Of a stretch of 51,649 nucleotides of DNA, positions 24,136 through 36,202 are shown piece after piece (the first letter of the stretch is position 1; the number at the start of each line of letters is the position of its first letter). The stretch is from Octopus bimaculoides. Taxonomy: Eukaryota. The DNA lies in contig NC_068983.1 in NCBI RefSeq assembly GCF_001194135.2, forward strand, positions 10,554,438-10,606,086. Direction: 5' to 3'. Both the position numbers and the translations under genes were made by a program. Below the pieces are notes generated by a model. The model did not search any database, was not told the DNA's origin, and worked only from the letters and a program-made list of their open reading frames with translations.

Positions 24136-26199
24136 GAGAGCGAGAGAGAGAGAGAGAAAGAGAGAGCGAGAGAGAGAGAGAGAGAGAGAGCGAGATTTAG
24201 CTGTTATTTGTAGTATATCAATCACCACATAGAGGTTCCTTCACAGGTTCTCACACATGGAGTGCTTGTGGATTTGATCACATAATTGCAGCAGATGTAA
24301 ACATGATCTAGATTACGTCAGGGTTTCCTGAGTTTTGAGCACACTGTGAGGTATCATAAGCTAATAATTTCTACCATTAATTTGGATCATATCAAACCAT
24401 GTGAGTGAAAGTGGTTTGGACTCTACCTGTTTTTGGTTAATAGACTTAACTACCCAGTTGAACTCTATCACCAATTGGCCCCCTCATGCTTCAAGTGGAA
24501 TCCAACTGCAAAGGGCCCAGAATTAATTATAATGCCAGGGCCTTTTTTTTCTAAGAATGTTGGCCTTCTGGAAATCCCTTCATGTATATGTCCTTTTTGC
24601 AGCTGTTGATTGTGCAACAGATTAAAGTTGCACATTAAGGGTGTCAACCTCACCTGTTTCAAAGAGCCTGCAAAGGACATGAATACTGTTACATTCTTTA
24701 GACAAAATTAATGGGGAAAAACCCTCAAAAAAAACATGAAGGAAGTAATGATAACAAAGGAGTAAGAAGATACAGCTAGCTAGTTAATATTCAAGCTGTG
24801 TAACAGGATATGAGGAAATAAGATAGTTTTGTGTAGGCATATATTCTTCAAATCTGTCAACACTTTCAAAAGAAGGCACAGCCTTACGTCAACTAGTTTT
24901 CACACAAAAACTGCAAAAGGAAATATCAAAAAGACTGTCTTCGTGACTTACAACATGCATGTGTACATACAGGTGTGAGCAGACAAGTGTAGCTGATGTT
25001 TATAATTGTTAATCAATGATTTATGAGCATGGAGGTATTGAGCAACACTGCTATATTTTTTGACTTTACGATTAGAATCCTTTATATCTTAGCATCTGTT
25101 ACAATAACACACAGACAGACAGACAGACACACACACACTACTTACTGGCACTCTGTGTATGACTAAAAGACTTGAGGCAATATTAGAAGACACTTGTCAA
25201 AGATACCACACATTGGGATTGAAGACCAAACTATGTGGCTGCAAGGCAAGCTTTGTAACCACAGCCTGTGTCTATTTATTGAATTGTCATCATCATTCAA
25301 ACTTCACTTTTATAAATGGATTTATGAATGAAAGTTTGGTAATTGCACTTATTTCCACCATATGACACTTATTATTGCAAACATGTTTTAACTAACCTAT
25401 ACTATACACACACACACACACAAATACATTCATATATATATGCCTCGAGCTGGAGCTGTAATTCAAAGGGGCCAGCCTTGTCATATTCTGTGTGAGGCTG
25501 AATGTCCCTGAGAACTACGTTAATATTATGCATGTCTACGGAGTACTCAGCCATTTGTGAGTTAATTTTATCCTCGTGTGGTAATGAAAAGTGAAATTGA
25601 CAGCCAATATTTGTTGTGTCCTATGTAAGAACTTTTCTTTGGATTTATGTATCTACTGTCTCTCTCACTTCCTTTGTGCCCCTCTTCTTTCCCACCACTT
25701 TTGATTTAACAATGTGTGTATGTATCTATGTATCTACTTCTGTTGCGATGTGATAAACATTTAAAAATGCAAAATGAACACTGTCACCACTCATTGTCTC
25801 TTTCACTTTTTCCCTCTTACTTCCTCTCTGAAACATTTAAAAACATAAAACAAACGCCATCGCCACTCACTGTCTCTTTCACTCTCTCTCTCTTACTTCC
25901 TCTCTGTCCTCCTCTCTCTTGCTTTGCCACTTCTTTGAAGTGCGATGCACACAGCAGGTACGTACAAAAACAAAAAGTTAGCGTATTAATATCATTGATG
26001 ATGATAGCGAGACAGCTGGGTGTGAACCTGGCTATTATTAAATTGGAATTTTTGCTATTTTTGTCATTGTTAAGCTATCACAGACTAAAAGATTATTGGT
26101 AACAGGATGAGATTAGATTGACTTATGCTCAAACTAGTTATCATTCCTAAATATCATCAAGTGGAATAACAGTGGAAACAGCAAATATAACATACTTAC

Positions 26200-26329
26200 A
26201 TAAGTAAGCCAGAAGAGAACCTCAATAAATGGTTCAAACATATTGTCACCAAATGACTTTTTAAGCACCAGAACTGTTTCTGGAGGTTCTGACCATTTTA
26301 GTTTCTGTCCTGTTTGTTCCGGAATTGTT
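26200..26329 (-). CDS. NADK: NAD kinase exon (TIPEQTGQKLKWSEPPETVLVLKKSFGDNMFEPFIEVLFWLTY)
   Basis: Manual translation. Acceptor ttttatcttccag and donor gtaagt. Aligns by eye to the animal NADK QRLTW...KSVLVIKK...QPFKEL region. 130 nt, phase 2 start, phase 0 end, joins the next exon. Confidence 0.88.
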
Positions 26330-26536
26330 CTGGAAGATAAAAAAAAAAAAAAAAAAAAAAGAAACCATAAAATCAGAAAGATTGATAGAGCACAGTATGA
26401 AATTAATATAAAAGGGTTTGGAGTGGAATATTAATAAGAATTTAACGACTTGGTCATGAATTCATAGTGTCTAGCATTGCGATATAAAACTAATGTTAAT
26501 GTACACATATGTTTTATGATTAATGTTTACAGCATA

Positions 26537-26696
26537 GGCACAGGAGTGGCTGTGTGGTAAGTAGCTTGCTTACCAACCACATGGTCCCGGGTTCAGTCCC
26601 ACTGCGTGGCACCTTGGGCAAGTGTCTTCTACTATAGCTTTGGGCCGACCAAAGCCTTGTGAGTAGATTTGGTAGACAGAAACTGGAAGAAGCCCG

Positions 26697-26738
<42 letters not shown>

Positions 26739-26961
26739 ATGTGTGTGTGTGTGCTTGTGTGTCTGTTTGTCCACCCAGCACCGCTTGACAACCGATGCTG
26801 GTGTGTTTACGTCCCCCGTAACTTAGCGGTTCAGCAAAAGAGACCGATAGAATAAGTACTAGGCTTACAAAGAACAAGCTCTGGGGTCAATTTGCTCGAC
26901 TAAAAATGCGGTGCTCCAGCGTGGCCACAGTCAAATGACTGAAACAAGTAAAAGAGTAAAA
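26537..26961 (+). mobile_element. Full-length tRNA-derived SINE (family A) with internal (TA)n(TG)n and AGCATA TSD
   Basis: A-box-like TGGCTGTGTGG, B-box-like GGTTCAGTCC, CORE-like ccttgggcaagtg, tail gaaacaagtaaaagagtaaa. TSD at 26531-26536 and 26962-26967. Other copies near 2215, 8545, 9808, 9984, 10900, 14915, 17050, 25135, 27995, 30665, 40087, 40480, 41250, 45868, 50170 and 51020. Confidence 0.92.
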
Positions 26962-28507
26962 AGCATAGTGATATAAGTCCAATCACAATAGAGACCACAT
27001 GTTATATGATTAGTGTTACAAGAGCAAATGCAATATAGATCATATAAATGTTATATTAGTGTCCAGTTTTGATAGTAAATGCAGTTGAATGACTAATGTT
27101 TATTTATTCTTACTGAAAGAAATAACCAGAAGACAAGACATTCATATTTAAGTGACAGGTAGGATTAAGAAAGATGTTGGTTTGTATTTAGGCAAGAAAC
27201 AACAGCTGTTAGTTTGTAGGAGGGTGTATTGACCAACCTGCTCATAGGTTGCCAGATCAAATCCACTTCAGGTACTTTGTTATACTTCTCCTGGGCAGAA
27301 GAGTACTGTCAACATCAGCTCAATTAATTTAGTTTTCTACAGAAGTGTGTGGGGAATAGGAATGAGGTCATCTGGAAATGTGATGCGACTTGCAGTAAGC
27401 CAGGCCTCCTATTCAAGGGATGATTAATTTTTTATCCACCTATGAAACCCTAGAGGTAAGCATTTACTCTTAAAATTGCATAGGGCTTATGAGTTTATGA
27501 AGCATTGGGGGAGAGAGATAGATAGATAGATAGATAGAGAAAGAAAGAAAGAAAGAAAGAAAGAGTGTGTGTGTGTGTGTGTTTTCCCCAAACTATGAGT
27601 TAATGGGGTTTTATTTATATCTTGTAAATGTTGTTAACAGCTGATCTTTGACATTTCTGCTGGAGTATTGAATGTTTGTTCCCGAGGGTGTTACTGAAAC
27701 TGTCAAATAAGATGTTGACATCTCCGTGTGGAAACACTCTAAAGCTGTAACAGTTTAAACAAACATTACTTCTTGCTTTTGTTGTACAGTTAGAGATATT
27801 TGTAGTAAATAAACAAAAACATATGAATTGCTCACACAAAAGTAGGTAGGGGACATTTGTATCAAATTGAAGACAAATAATAACTAAATAATTTAGAACT
27901 GCATATATTTGTTGTTGATTAAATTTAGCCCTGATCAAGCAGACTTATGGTCTTAGGTCTTCCAGCCATGACTGCCTCATCTTATATTTAGACATTTATG
28001 TTTTTATTTTTTACTTGTTCCAGTCTTTGGACTGTTGCTATGCTGAGACACCACCCTGAAGGGTTTTAGTTGAATGGTCCTTATTCTATCAGTCTCTTAA
28101 GCTGAACTAAGTTACAGGGACATAAACAAACCAACACCAGTTGTAAAACAGTGGTGGAGGACAAACACACACACACACACACACATGATGGGCTTATTTT
28201 GGGTTTCACCAACAACCAAGTCCACTCACAAGGCTTTGGTTGACTCACAGCTATTGTAGAAAACTAGGAGCCATGCAGTGGGACTGAACCCAGAACCATG
28301 TGAATGGAAAGCAAACTTCTTACCACACAGCCACAAGGTCTTTCAATTTTTTGAGGTAATAGGGAAGAGTTAGCTACTATTTCTAGCAGGTCAAGGACCA
28401 CACATGTTGGTTCATTTATAGTTGTGTTTAGCCCCAGGTCAGCTCTGATTAAACAAACCTATGATCAAAAGTGCTCCAACCATGATTAATCCAGCTCTTG
28501 TCTAGAC

Positions 28508-28805
28508 CAGGGGTTCTCAACCATTTTTTATCTATGGATCCCTTCGAAATACTATTTTATTCTGGTGGACTTCAATAACCATTTGATGTTTAAAAACTAG
28601 TTAAAAAAAAAAAAAAATTCTTTCAAACTCCCTATTTCATTTTTCACACATTAACTTAGGCAAAGAAACCTGTTTTCTGCAATACATACCAATACATATA
28701 TCTAAAGTAAAATTTTTTCAAGGGCCCTTAAAATACTATTGTGGACCCCCAATTTACTATTTGGTTGCATAACAATCTTATATGGACCCTGGTTGAGAAC
28801 CACTG
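28508..28805. mobile_element. hAT (Charlie-like) MITE
   Basis: TIRs CAGGGGTTCTCAACC and GGTTGAGAACCACTG. Left flank gTCTAGAc is the Charlie-type target; right TSD is degenerate. A related one-ended fragment starts at about 43197. Confidence 0.85.
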
Positions 28806-28913
28806 TTTCTAAGCATACATAATCTAATGTATCTGGGGTTTTCTCCTTTCAAAAGTAGTAGTTTGATTTGAAGCAAGATCTAGCTGCTATTTCTAGCAAG
28901 CCTAATGTTTATT

Positions 28914-29290
28914 GGAGGCGCAATGGCCCAGTGGTTAGGGCAGTGGACTTGTGGTCATAGGATCGCGGTTTCGATTCCCAGTCCGGGCGTTGAGAGTGTT
29001 TATTGAGCGAAAACACCTAAATCTCCACGAGGCTCCGGCAGGGGATGGTGGCGAACCCTGCTGTACTCTTCCACCACAACTTTCTCTTACTCTGTTTCTG
29101 TTGTGCCTGTAATTCAAAGGGTCAGCCTTGTCACACTGTGTCACGCTGAATATCCTCGAGAACTACGTTAAGGGTACACGTGTCTGTGGAGTGCTCAGCC
29201 ACTTGCACGGTAATTTCACGAGTAGGCTGTTCCGTTGATCGGATCAACTGGAACCCTCAACGTCGTAAGCGACGGAGTGCCAGCAACAAC
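28914..29290 (+). mobile_element. Full-length tRNA-derived SINE (family C) with (CAA)n tail and GTTTATT TSD
   Basis: A box TGGCCCAGTGG, B box GTTTCGATTCC, head resembles tRNA-Arg. TSD at 28907-28913 and 29291-29297. A related 5' piece lies at 36478-36560 and a tail at 25450-25570. Confidence 0.92.
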
Positions 29291-30116
29291 GTTTATTAAA
29301 TATGAAGCTGGGGAGCTGCACCGGATCAAGTTGATAAAGTGTTAGATGCCTGTGTAACAGTTAAACTATGCTTATGATTAGAATCCCATCAGCTGCTCTG
29401 AATGGTAGCGTGTTGCATTAATATCCAGGACAATTATGAACAGTCCAGTTCATCTGTGAGTAAATAGGTTGATACAAGCAGGAGAAATACTGCGTTAGCT
29501 CTGATGAGTATTTTGTTAGTTTGGCTGCTGTTTAGCTTCTATCTTCTATAGCGTGGAGAGAGAAATGTATTTTGATGGGTTTCCTTGATATACCTCAGGA
29601 AACATTTAATGGGTGATGGAACACACTGTTACCACTGTTATATTTAATGGATTTTTGAACACATGCTCCCTTATCGGCAAGTATATCTACAACTATGTAA
29701 AACAGTAGAACCTATGGCAACTAGTCACGATCTACATGGATAAATAGGAAGCACATTAAATTCACAAGGTGAACTAATTTATAACATTTTACTATCTACG
29801 GTTATAATAATAATACTAAGCTGACAACATGAATAACAACTGGAAAACTATTTAGTTAAGGCAATAATTTACTATTTACAGCTATAGTTATTAATTCTTT
29901 CTGCAACAGGTACAAGATCTGAAATTTTCTAGGTAGGGGTTAACTGATTATGTCAACCCTAGTGCTCAACTGGTACTTAGTATATCAATGATGAAAAGCA
30001 AAGATGACCTTAGTGAAATTTGAACACAGAATGTAAAGCCAGAAGAAATGCTGCCAAGTATTTTGTCAGGTGTGCTAACAATTCTACCATCTCATCACCT
30101 TTATAATTATAATTAT

Positions 30117-30348
30117 TCATCATCGTTGTTTAACGCCCGCTTTCCATGCTAGCATGGGTTGGACGATTTGACTGAGGACTGGTGGACCAGGAGGCGACAC
30201 CAGGCTCCAATCTGATTTGGCAGGGTTTCTACAGTTGAATGCCCTTCCTAATGCCAACCACTCAGAGAGTGTAGTGGGTGCTTTTACGTGCCACCTGCAC
30301 AAGGGCCAGTCAGGCGGTACTGGCGATGATGGCCAAGCGGTACTGGCA
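30117..30348 (-). mobile_element. 5'-truncated family B copy
   Basis: Tail, core and one module. Confidence 0.85.
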
Positions 30349-31266
30349 GCAAATAAAATATGACTGTAGTTTATATCATCTTTATCATTATTGTTGATGT
30401 CGTGTGGCCAGAAGTGAGTCACTACTGTTCTAGCAGAGGCAAGATCAAAAGTGTTCCAGCTATGACCATCCCAACATTTTTCCTAGGTACAGTGAACCCA
30501 AAGTCATTATTATCTAATGTGTGTTTTCCTGAAAGACAAAAATATATCGGTCACGACAATCTTTTTTTTTCTAAGTATATCTAGGACTACATTATCTATA
30601 GAATTCAGACATTTTGCCTAACACTTATTATTCTGGCAATTTCACACTTTAACTGTGCTCAAAAGATGCAGGCATGGATCTGTGGTTAAGAAGCTCACTG
30701 TGCAACCAAGTGGTTTTGGGTTCAGTCCCAAAGTGCTGCACAATGGATAAATGCCTTCTACTATAGCCCTGGGCTTGCCTATGTATCATGAGTGAATTTG
30801 GTACATGGAAACCATATAAATATAAACAAGGCACACAGAGCTGTGTAAGGTAATGTAGTGAAAGCATGCAATAAAATGAAGACTCTTGAAAATATCATTT
30901 TATTGGGCCACAGGTGTCCAAGAAATTGAGGACAAAATAAGTATAAAATGCAGAATGGAGTTTATGTCAAGTAAAAAAGAAGTCAACAAATACAAAAATC
31001 ATAATAAAAATTTTAACAAAAGTCCTCCACTAGCAGGATGATCACCAAGATAAATTCAAGGGAGACTCCATGCAAAGCTGCAGATTACTCTGCCATGTTC
31101 GAGGCATCAAAAGACTCCTCTCCTAGTTCCTTACCTTCTCCTTCAGAAAAACATACTAAAGGTAGGCCCATTCAGCACCCACCTTTCATTATGTACACAA
31201 AAAGTAGTACCTTCCTCTTTAGTTTGATGATAATGACATAATAATAATAATGATAATAATAATAAT

Positions 31267-31679
31267 AGTTGTCGGAGATCATGAAGGAAAAAAATGCTTT
31301 CTAATTGATGTATCAATACCAGCAGATGACAACGTTTCCCTAAAAGAAATAGAGAAACTTTTCAAAATACAAAGACCTGGAAATAGAGGTAACTCGAATG
31401 TGGAATCTAAAAAACAGAATCAATTCCTATCATAGTAGGTGCCTTAGGTAAGATAAAAAAAAAAATATTCAGACAAATACATAACAAAAACACCAGGACT
31501 TACAAATATATATAACATAGAGAAAATTGCACTACTGGGCACTGCACACATCCTACGCAAAACACTTTCAATACAGTAACCATAAGAGCATCACAGCAAA
31601 CCACAGCACATACCCAAGGCACACAGAGCTGTGCTCGGTAGTGAAGTGAAAGCACGTTATAAAAATAAAACTACTGAAC
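31267..31679 (+). mobile_element. 5'-truncated Dong/R4-clade element 3' end (RLE endonuclease tail plus 3' UTR)
   Basis: DHEGKKCFLIDVSIPADDNV..KEIEKL/KYKDLEIEVTRMW/PIIVGALG...KIALLGTAHILRKTLSIQ* with small frameshifts. Flanked on both sides by (TAA)n. Confidence 0.88.
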
Positions 31680-31958
31680 AATAATAATAATAATAATGGC
31701 TTTGAATTTTTTTGGCACAAGGCCAGAAGTTTCGGAAAATGGAGGGTAAGTTGATTATATTAACCCCTGTATTCAACTGGTACTTATTTTATCAACCCTA
31801 ACAGGATGAAAATGTTGGCCTTGGCATAATTTTAACTCAGAACACAGAGACAGGTACGTGCTAACAATTCTGCCAGCTCACCGATAATAATAATTATCAT
31901 CATCATCATCATCATCATCATCGAATTTGGGGTTTTTGAGATAAAAACAACATCTTAC

Positions 31959-31969
31959 CGTAAATACAT
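31959..31969 (-). CDS. NADK: Candidate first coding exon of NADK (ATG TAT TTA CG = MYL-R)
   Basis: aaacATG context, in-frame upstream TAG, and strong donor cg|gtaaga giving the phase 2 needed by exon 26200-26329. CT-rich leader upstream. Inference only. Confidence 0.35.
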
Positions 31970-32164
31970 GTTTGCTTGCTTGCAGAAAACACTCTAATGA
32001 TGTTTACAGACAGAGAAATGTACAGACAAAGACAGAGAGGTACACATTCAATGAAACAGAAAGTAAGAGAGAGAGAGAGGTGGGAGCGACACAAGGAAAG
32101 TAACAGAGACATAGACACTGAAACCAAGCAATAAAACACCAGGAAATAGAAAACTTGTTTTTTT

Positions 32165-32173
32165 AGCCAATGA
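32165..32173. promoter_or_regulatory. Possible NF-Y/CCAAT box upstream of the candidate first exon
   Basis: agCCAATga at 32165-32173, about 200 nt upstream (minus sense) of the candidate ATG. Short motif, could be chance. Confidence 0.2.
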
Positions 32174-33444
32174 ATTCGGTGCAACGGGATTTCCTGAATG
32201 TATTTATTTTTTATCTGAAATATTAGCAAGGCACACCTAGCATTATAGGATAATTTACAAATAGATAAAAGGATCTGCAACTAAGAGGAAATCAAGTTTA
32301 AAACAAACACTTCCTCTGTTACTTGTCGGTTCAAATCCCACTCATGTCAACTTAGCCTTTCATCCTTCCAGGGTTAATATAATAAATTCCAGTCAAGTAC
32401 AGAGGTTGTATTATAAAATACCCCCTTCCTCAAAATGTATGATCTTGTACCTAAATTAGAAATTATAATATTATTGTTGTTGTAAAGGCGGCAAGCTGGT
32501 AAAATCATTAGTACACTAGACAAAATGCTTCATGGCATTTTGTCTTTACATTCCGAGTTCAAATCCTGCCAAGGTTGACTTTGCCTTTCATCCTTTTGGG
32601 TTTGATACAATTAGTACCAGTGGACTACTGGAGCCAATGTAATTGACTTAACCCCTCTTCTCAAGGATTATTATTATCATTAAGGTAGCAAGCTGACAAA
32701 AATCATTAGTGCTTAACTGTATTTCTTCCATTTCTTTACGTTTTGAGCTCAAATCCTGCCAAGGTCAGCTTCGCCTTTCATTCTTTTGGGGTCAATTAAA
32801 TAAAGTGCCAGTCAAGCACTAGGGTCAATGAAACTGATTAATCCCCTCCTAAAAATTGCTGGTCTTGTTTCAAAATTTGAAACCATTATTAATTATTATC
32901 ATCAAATTTTTTTTCAGGTAGTAGATTGGCAGAATTGTTGGAGCTAAGGGCAGATAGTTATAACCCTTTATACTCTGAAAGCAAATCTTGTTGAGGTTAA
33001 CAAAGTTTTATATCCTTCTATACATTAGACACAGATTTCACGAAGTGGGTACAGACACAACTGTCTTCACATGAGGTACTTCAAATTATTCCACTAAACA
33101 CGACATTCCAATAAGTACAAGATCTCAATGACTTCCTCCAGCTTCCACGAAATCTCAACGACTCCTATGACTTCGATGAACTCTCAACAATTCCTATGGC
33201 TTCCATGAACTCTCAACCAATATGCTATTCTTTGTAAGAGTTTGGCTAGTCCATTCTTCCACTCGCACAGGGGTGTCAATAACTCTTGCCACAATATTTC
33301 TCTCTTTGAGATTTACTCCCTAGGGAAGTTTAATATCTCTTCCGTTTAGGCATTACTTTCAACCATTCTGTTTGTTTCCTCTTTCTTGTGCTGCTACGCC
33401 TGGGTTCATGACACTGGAACATCAAAGGTGTCATAGAGCACTTC

Positions 33445-34667
33445 CATCATCATCATCATCATCATCGTTTAACGTCCGCCTTCCATGCTAGCATGGGTTG
33501 GACGATTTGACTGAGGACTGGTGAAACCGGATGGCAACACCAGGCTCCAATCTAATTTGGCAGAGTTTCTACAGCTGGATGCCCTTCCTAACGCCAACCA
33601 CTCAGAGAATGTAGTGGGTGCTTTTACGTGTCACCCGCACGAAAACGGCCACGCTCGAAATGGTGTCTTTTATGTGCNNNNNNNNNNNNNNNNNNNNNNN
33701 NNNNNNNNNNNNNNNNNNNNNNNNNNNNNNNNNNNNNNNNNNNNNNNNNNNNNNNNNNNNNNNNNNNNNNNNNNNNNNNNNNNNNNNNNNNNNNNNNNNN
33801 NNNNNNNNNNNNNNNNNNNNNNNNNNNNNNNNNNNNNNNNNNNNNNNNNNNNNNNNNNNNNNNNNNNNNNNNNNNNNNNNNNNNNNNNNNNNNNNNNNNN
33901 NNNNNNNNNNNNNNNNNNNNNNNNNNNNNNNNNNNNNNNNNNNNNNNNNNNNNNNNNNNNNNNNNNNNNNNNNNNNNNNNNNNNNNNNNNNNNNNNNNNN
34001 NNNNNNNNNNNNNNNNNNNNNNNNNNNNNNNNNNNNNNNNNNNNNNNNNNNNNNNNNNNNNNNNNNNNNNNNNNNNNNNNNNNNNNNNNNNNNNNNNNNN
34101 NNNNNNNNNNNNNNNNNNNNNNNNNNNNNNNNNNNNNNNNNNNNNNNNNNNNNNNNNNNNNNNNNNNNNNNNNNNNNNNNNNNNNNNNNNNNNNNNNNNN
34201 NNNNNNNNNNNNNNNNNNNNNNNNNNNNNNNNNNNNNNNNNNNNNNNNNNNNNNNNNNNNNNNNNNNNNNNNNNNNNNNNNNNNNNNNNNNNNNNNNNNN
34301 NNNNNNNNNNNNNNNNNNNNNNNNNNNNNNNNNNNNNNNNNNNNNNNNNNNNNNNNNNNNNNNNNNNNNNNNNNNNNNNNNNNNNNNNNNNNNNNNNNNC
34401 CGCACAAGAGCCGGCCCAGCGGCGTCGCCCGCACATGAGCCAGTCCAGGGGCACTGGCAACGAACCCGCTCAAACATTTCATGTGTCGCCCGCACATGAG
34501 CCAGTCCATGGGCACTGGCAACGATCCCGCTCGAAAGATTCAGGTGTCGCCCGCACATGAGCCAGTCCAGGGGCACTGGCAACGATTCCGCTTGAACGAT
34601 TTCATGTGTCACCCGCACATGAGCCAGTCCAGGGGCACCGGCAACGATCTCGCTCGAAAAACCTCAT
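33445..34667 (-). mobile_element. Family B copy with expanded 61-62 bp tandem array (contains gap)
   Basis: cccgcacatgagccagtcc recurs at 34428, 34489, 34550 and 34612. N gap 33678-34399 is internal. Confidence 0.88.
33678..34399. other. Assembly gap
   Basis: Run of N. Confidence 1.
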
Positions 34668-35565
34668 CACGGGTATCTTTTCTTTTTTCCATATATTTTA
34701 AAACTTTTTTTAAAATGTCTTTTGCATTCCCATTTTTCGCCAAAACACTAAGCTTAACATTTAAGATCAATAAAACAAAGTACTTATCAAATACTGGTTT
34801 TGATTTAATCACTTAATCTCTCCCCACAAATTTCTAAACTGGTGCATATTTAGTGAGTTTTAAGTGCCTATGTCAAAAGCTTGCAATGATTCTCCGCAGA
34901 AGACACAAAGTGCTGTGAAGGGCTGATGACAGCAGCTGGAATAGGAAAAAACAGTTGAGCAGATATATATTGCCTGGTTTGGATGATCTACCCTATATGT
35001 TAACCTAACTGAAGGAGGCCTTAAAACATAAAATTTTATAAATTCATATTTAAATTATAATTCAAATATAAACATTTTAAATGACCAAATGATGAAACCA
35101 AAGAAGTTTGCTTACTTCTGTCGGGGTTTCTAAAGGAACAAGTGCATGTATAAAACCTTGATTTAAATAGAGTCACAATGAAGCAAAGATGAAGAGCAAA
35201 GAAAAAAATTTTAAATGCTAACCAAATCAAAATCTAAACAAAACTTTTTTTAAAAATCATACAAATGGATACACTCATGAGAGAAAACTATAAACAATGT
35301 TTTGGTGGTGGATTTACAACCATTAACCATGGTGTAAGTGAAAAAAACTATTAGGAGATGAATTTAGAATGAGAAATGCTTTATGAATGGAATGAATGAC
35401 TGAAATAATCATGCATCAACACCCAAGTAAATATAATCAGATGGAAATATATGCCATTGTTAGCAGTGTGGGAATCTAGTTGGCTGGAAAAAATTGTACA
35501 ACTTAAATTTTCTATGAATGCAGTTTGCAATAATTTCTGAATGGCAGTTGTGTAATGTAGTCTTT

Positions 35566-35737
35566 CTTCGTGCCGGTGGCATGTAAAAGCATCCACTACA
35601 CTCTCGGAGTGGTTGGCGTTAGGAAGGGCATCCAGCTGTAGAAACTCTTCCAAATCAGATGGGAGCCTGGTGTAGCCATCTGGTTCACCAGTCCTCAGTC
35701 AAATCGTCCAACCCATGCTAGCATGGAAAGCGGACGT

Positions 35738-35778
<41 letters not shown>
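35566..35778 (+). mobile_element. 5'-truncated family B copy with long (GAT)n tail
   Basis: One module, core and tail. Confidence 0.88.
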
Positions 35779-35983
35779 ATGGCAGCCCTCCATAGTGGGC
35801 TGCCATATCTGTTTTTTCATATACTTCATGCCTTGAAAGTATACTCCATTTACAATGACATAGCATTGAAATTTTCTTTAATGACCAAAAGATGGAACCA
35901 AAGAAGTCAATTTGCTTTTGTCAGGGTTCCTAGAGGAAAGTGTGTGGAAAAAAAAAACCCCCTAAAAAATCCCTTTGATTTAA

Positions 35984-36202
35984 CCCTTTAGCATTCACAT
36001 TATTCTGTCAAAAATAATGCTTATCTATTCACAATATTTTCAAATTAATCATGCACTATCTTGTAGCTTTGAGATTTTGATGAGGTAATTTGATTTTTAA
36101 AATGATATTGTAGGGTAGGTATGATAGACTGGATCTGGCCAGTTTGAGCATAAAGCAGGTAGAATATTTTGGCTGGATATGGCTGGTTCAAATACTAAAG
36201 AA
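35984..36202. mobile_element. piggyBac-like TTAA MITE
   Basis: TTAA-cccttta gcatt...aatactaaag aa-TTAA. A second 3'-truncated copy lies at 22642-22835. Confidence 0.75.

Noticed and set aside
28914-28990. tRNA genes at SINE heads
   Set aside because: A/B boxes are present but there is no complete cloverleaf or acceptor stem, and the heads run into SINE bodies with tails and TSDs.
34400-34667. CRISPR-like regularly spaced palindromic repeats in B arrays
   Set aside because: Units repeat along their whole length without unique spacers, there are no cas genes, and the context is eukaryotic.
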